Below, piece by piece: positions 61,380 through 64,000 of a stretch of 64,000 nt of DNA (within the stretch, counting starts at the first letter, position 1; each line of letters opens with the position of its first letter). The notes beneath the pieces were generated by a model. The model was not told the DNA's origin. It saw nothing but the letters and a program-made list of their open reading frames with translations, and did not search any database. Source of the stretch: Cyanobacteria bacterium P01_F01_bin.150 (lineage in GTDB: Bacteria; Cyanobacteriota; Cyanobacteriia; CAKZMO01); NCBI GenBank assembly GCA_039189765.1, contig JBCCYL010000023.1:14915-78914 (forward strand). Reading direction: 5' to 3'. The translations under genes were made by a program, and so were the position numbers.

Positions 61380-61688
61380 GCTTCTAGGGTTCCGATGAAT
61401 AATCTGCATACAGTCATCCGACTTTGATTTCCAGGCAGAAAGTTGAACGTAAAGCTTTACTTCATTTATCGCTGGATTCAAAAATACAAACGGATTGCTT
61501 AGGCGATTTCTCGAAGTAAATATACCGACGACGATGGGTTACGCTGTCGCTAATCCATCCTACAAGCGGTACATTCTTTTTCGGAAATAGCCTGATAAGT
61601 AAGGTTCTTTCATGACTGGACCGAGAGACGCAAGCAGTTTGATGGCCTCAACCATTAAGCTGTTCACGGAGGGATAAAAGCCCGGGAG
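61380..61688 (+). promoter_or_regulatory. Guanidine-I (ykkC-yxkD) riboswitch aptamer with ~210-nt insertion in the P1 apical loop
   Basis: 5' half GCTTCTAGGGTTCCGATGAA (61380-61399); 3' half TTCATGACTGGACCGAGAGACGC, P2, CACGGAGGGATAAAAGCCCGGGAG (61609-61688). Confidence 0.82.
61533..61563 (-). repeat. GTAG-type REP element
   Basis: Minus strand GTAGGATGGATTAGCGACAGCGTAACCCATC: GTAG tetranucleotide plus imperfect palindrome. Confidence 0.75.
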
Positions 61689-61745
61689 AAAGAAGTGGTT
61701 ACTTGCTCGTAGCTGCCTACTTTTCCTGGGCTTTTGAATTTATTT
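61677..61745 (+). terminator. Riboswitch expression-platform terminator
   Basis: AAAAGCCCGGGAGAAAG pairs with CTTTTCCTGGGCTTTT, T-rich tail; overlaps the aptamer 3' end. Confidence 0.8.
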
Positions 61746-61806
61746 AATTAGCTGAATTACTGTTAATACGTTTACCTATTTTGACCATTTTCTAGGAGCT
61801 GTAGAT

Positions 61807-63321
61807 ATGGAAAGCAAACTAATTGCTTGGGGAATTATTATATTCCTCCTGGCAACCTTAGGCATTGGCGTATGGGCTTCAAAACAAATAAAAGGAGATA
61901 GCGTTAACTTCCTGGTGGCCGGAAGGGGCATGGTTCTTCCATTGGCAGCGGCCACCCTTATGGCCCAATCCGTTGACTCAAATGCCACCCTAGGGAATAC
62001 CGATCTATCCTCTGCATTTGGATTTTGGGCTGGTGCATCCTTGCCCATTGGCCTAGCCCTGTGCCTGTTCCTGACTGGGCTGTTTTATGCCAAACCGATG
62101 AACAGAATGGGGTTGATTACCTTACCGGATTTCTACCGTGTTAAGTACGGACGACTAACGGAGGTGGTGGCCTCCGTTATTATGGTCCTGAGTTTTGCAT
62201 TTTTACTGGCTGGAAATTTAGTGGCAGGAGGGTACCTATTCCAAACCTTCTTGGGCACCAGCTATACGATGGGGGTAATTGGTGTAGCTCTTTTAGTGTT
62301 TGTGTACACAGTCAGTGGCGGTCTTTTTGCAGTGGCCTATACCGATGTGGTGCAGGTGGGAATTGCCCTAGTTGGTTCTCTCGTTTTGATTGGCTATGTC
62401 AGTACGACCTTTGGACTTGTCATTCCGCCTGGGACCGGTCCCTTTGCTCTTGAACAATTGACCTCACCAGATGCGGGAGCGGCCATTAATTGGGCGACCC
62501 TATTGGCGTTGGGATTAGGTGACATTGTAGCGATCGACTTTATGGCACGGGTATTTGCAGCAGAGAGTCCTGAAACTGCTCAAAGAGCCTGCTTTATCGG
62601 CTGTGCAGGGACTCTGATTATTGGCATTCCCTTTTCGCTGATTGCCTTGTCCTCAAATTCCATTTTAGAACAAGCCGGAGTGACGGCAGATGGGCCAGTT
62701 TTGTTTTCCCTGTTGGAAAATGTGATTCCTCCAGTTCTAAGCTTGGTGATTATTGTGGCCATTATGGCAGCGTCTCTTTCAACGGGGGATGGGGCTATTT
62801 TAGGAACTTCATCGGTGATGGCTCACAATATTATGGGCATCCGCCATGGTTCGGGACATGATGAGGGACATGGTGTCAATAAAGGCGATCGCCTTTTGCT
62901 AATCACCCGTATTATGGCGGCGGTAATTACCTTGATGGGAGTCTTTTTTGCTCTCCGGGTTCCTCAAACAGGTTCGTTACTGCTGCTTGCGTTTGACCTT
63001 GGCTTTGCGGGGCTAGTGGTCCCTTTGACCGGAGGCCTCTTCTGGTATCGCTCAACCTGGCAGGGGGCAATGGCCTGCATTATCACAGGATCTTTAACTC
63101 GATTGGTGATGTTTGTCTTGATGCCAACCATGTTTGGGGTAGACAATACCTTGCTTTATATCCCCAATAGTTTATTTACCGCTGGGTTTGATGGTATCCC
63201 TACGCTGATTAGTCCTCTGATCGGTCTGATTGCCTTTGTTACAGTGTCCAATCTGACCTACACTCCGCCCAAGCCTGATCGTCGTGCCCTTGAACGCCAG
63301 ATGTCTGAAGTGGCGCGTTGA
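61807..63321 (+). CDS. Sodium:solute symporter (SSS) family transporter
   Basis: ~13 TM; FLVAGR, TLPDFYR..YG, YTVSGGL.AVAYTDV.Q, AASLST.D; AGGAG RBS. Confidence 0.92.
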   Translation: MESKLIAWGIIIFLLATLGIGVWASKQIKGDSVNFLVAGRGMVLPLAAATLMAQSVDSNATLGNTDLSSAFGFWAGASLPIGLALCLFLTGLFYAKPMNRMGLITLPDFYRVKYGRLTEVVASVIMVLSFAFLLAGNLVAGGYLFQTFLGTSYTMGVIGVALLVFVYTVSGGLFAVAYTDVVQVGIALVGSLVLIGYVSTTFGLVIPPGTGPFALEQLTSPDAGAAINWATLLALGLGDIVAIDFMARVFAAESPETAQRACFIGCAGTLIIGIPFSLIALSSNSILEQAGVTADGPVLFSLLENVIPPVLSLVIIVAIMAASLSTGDGAILGTSSVMAHNIMGIRHGSGHDEGHGVNKGDRLLLITRIMAAVITLMGVFFALRVPQTGSLLLLAFDLGFAGLVVPLTGGLFWYRSTWQGAMACIITGSLTRLVMFVLMPTMFGVDNTLLYIPNSLFTAGFDGIPTLISPLIGLIAFVTVSNLTYTPPKPDRRALERQMSEVAR

Positions 63322-63425
63322 GGAATGTATGCCTTGCCTGGCGATCGTCTATGTTAGGGTTATTGGGAGGGCGATCGCCATCAGTCATCAAAACGCGATG
63401 TTACTTTATAGCTGATAGACGCAAC

Positions 63426-63878
63426 TCAAGCAACATTAGCGACAGTTCGAGTCATCTTAATATGTGGAACTCCGGTTTGGGGCGACGGAAAAACTTTGCC
63501 GATGGCAGTAAAACCCGACCGCTGGTAAAACCCGACTTTGGTGACTCTGGCATGGAGGACTAGATGTATTGCACCTTGGGCGATCGCCCTTTCCACCAGC
63601 GTCTCCAAAATCCGCCGCCCCAATCCCTGCATTTGATAGCTAGGTTCCACCACCATTTGATAAATCTGAAATTCATTGGGGCTATTTTGCCCCAGTTGAC
63701 CATAGGCTAGGAGCTGATTTGTTTGCTCGTCTACCAAGGCTAGGTGCTGATGGTGTTTTTCTTGGGGGGAGGCGATCGTATCAAACGCAATACCATGCAC
63801 CTTATAAAACAGTCGGTAGCGAAGCTGAAGCGCTTGAGCGTACTCGGGACTATCTATTTCGATCAGCTTTAAATGCAT
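63426..63878 (-). CDS. GNAT family N-acetyltransferase
   Basis: QMVVEPSYQMQGLGR, LHAR...GFYQRSGF, PHIKM. Confidence 0.9.
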   Translation of the reverse strand: MHLKLIEIDSPEYAQALQLRYRLFYKVHGIAFDTIASPQEKHHQHLALVDEQTNQLLAYGQLGQNSPNEFQIYQMVVEPSYQMQGLGRRILETLVERAIAQGAIHLVLHARVTKVGFYQRSGFTAIGKVFPSPQTGVPHIKMTRTVANVA

Positions 63879-64000
63879 AGAATTTTAATTCTGAGCTTCC
63901 AACGTGGTGGGGGGGGGGGGGGGCCCCCCCCCCCCAAAACATAAGAAAAAAACAAAAATAATAAGTTGTTAGATAAGAGAAATTAAAAGTGGTAAAGAAA

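Noticed and set aside
61598..61623. Local AGTAAGGTTC as the riboswitch 5' strand
   Set aside because: It lacks the CTAGGGTTCCG consensus and cannot form the basal stem with AGACGC; the 61380 segment fits better
63905..64000. Poly-G/poly-C hairpin and A-rich tail at the window end
   Set aside because: Long homopolymers at the sequence edge are likely a low-quality or assembly artefact
1..64000. HIP1 (GCGATCGC) abundance as a novel repeat
   Set aside because: Well-known cyanobacterial genome feature; used only as a taxonomic and compositional cue

Overview
Cyanobacterial chromosomal window (frequent HIP1 octamer GCGATCGC; ccmK4, acsF, ndhL, ldpA, ndbB). Most of it is housekeeping: amylase, MoxR, rpmF, fmt, cysE, ycf45, ldpA, purL, acsF, ileS, trpA, scpB, HtrA-type protease and a Cu-ATPase. 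It also holds a tRNA-Leu(UAA) split by a 318-nt group I intron and a ~19-kb surface-glycan region (10.1-28.9 kb) with two parts. The first is three methyltransferase/glycosyltransferase proteins sharing a coiled coil plus an SKFW[KR]LR amphipathic tail. The second is an 8-gene module: class II aldolase, double nucleotidyltransferase, PDE-like protein, HAD, GT-C fused to a phosphoribulokinase-like kinase, GT2, GtrA and a second GT-C. It looks like an uncharacterised pathway that makes an unusual sugar, loads it on a lipid carrier, flips it and transfers it outside. Main non-coding discoveries: (1) a guanidine-I (ykkC) riboswitch upstream of a Na+:solute symporter, whose aptamer is split by a ~210-nt insert of two hairpin/MITE-like elements; (2) about a dozen ~80-bp intergenic two-hairpin elements with covarying stems and variable-length flanking direct repeats; (3) a multi-hairpin candidate RNA upstream of ileS. 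All calls come from reading the sequence; no database searches were run.
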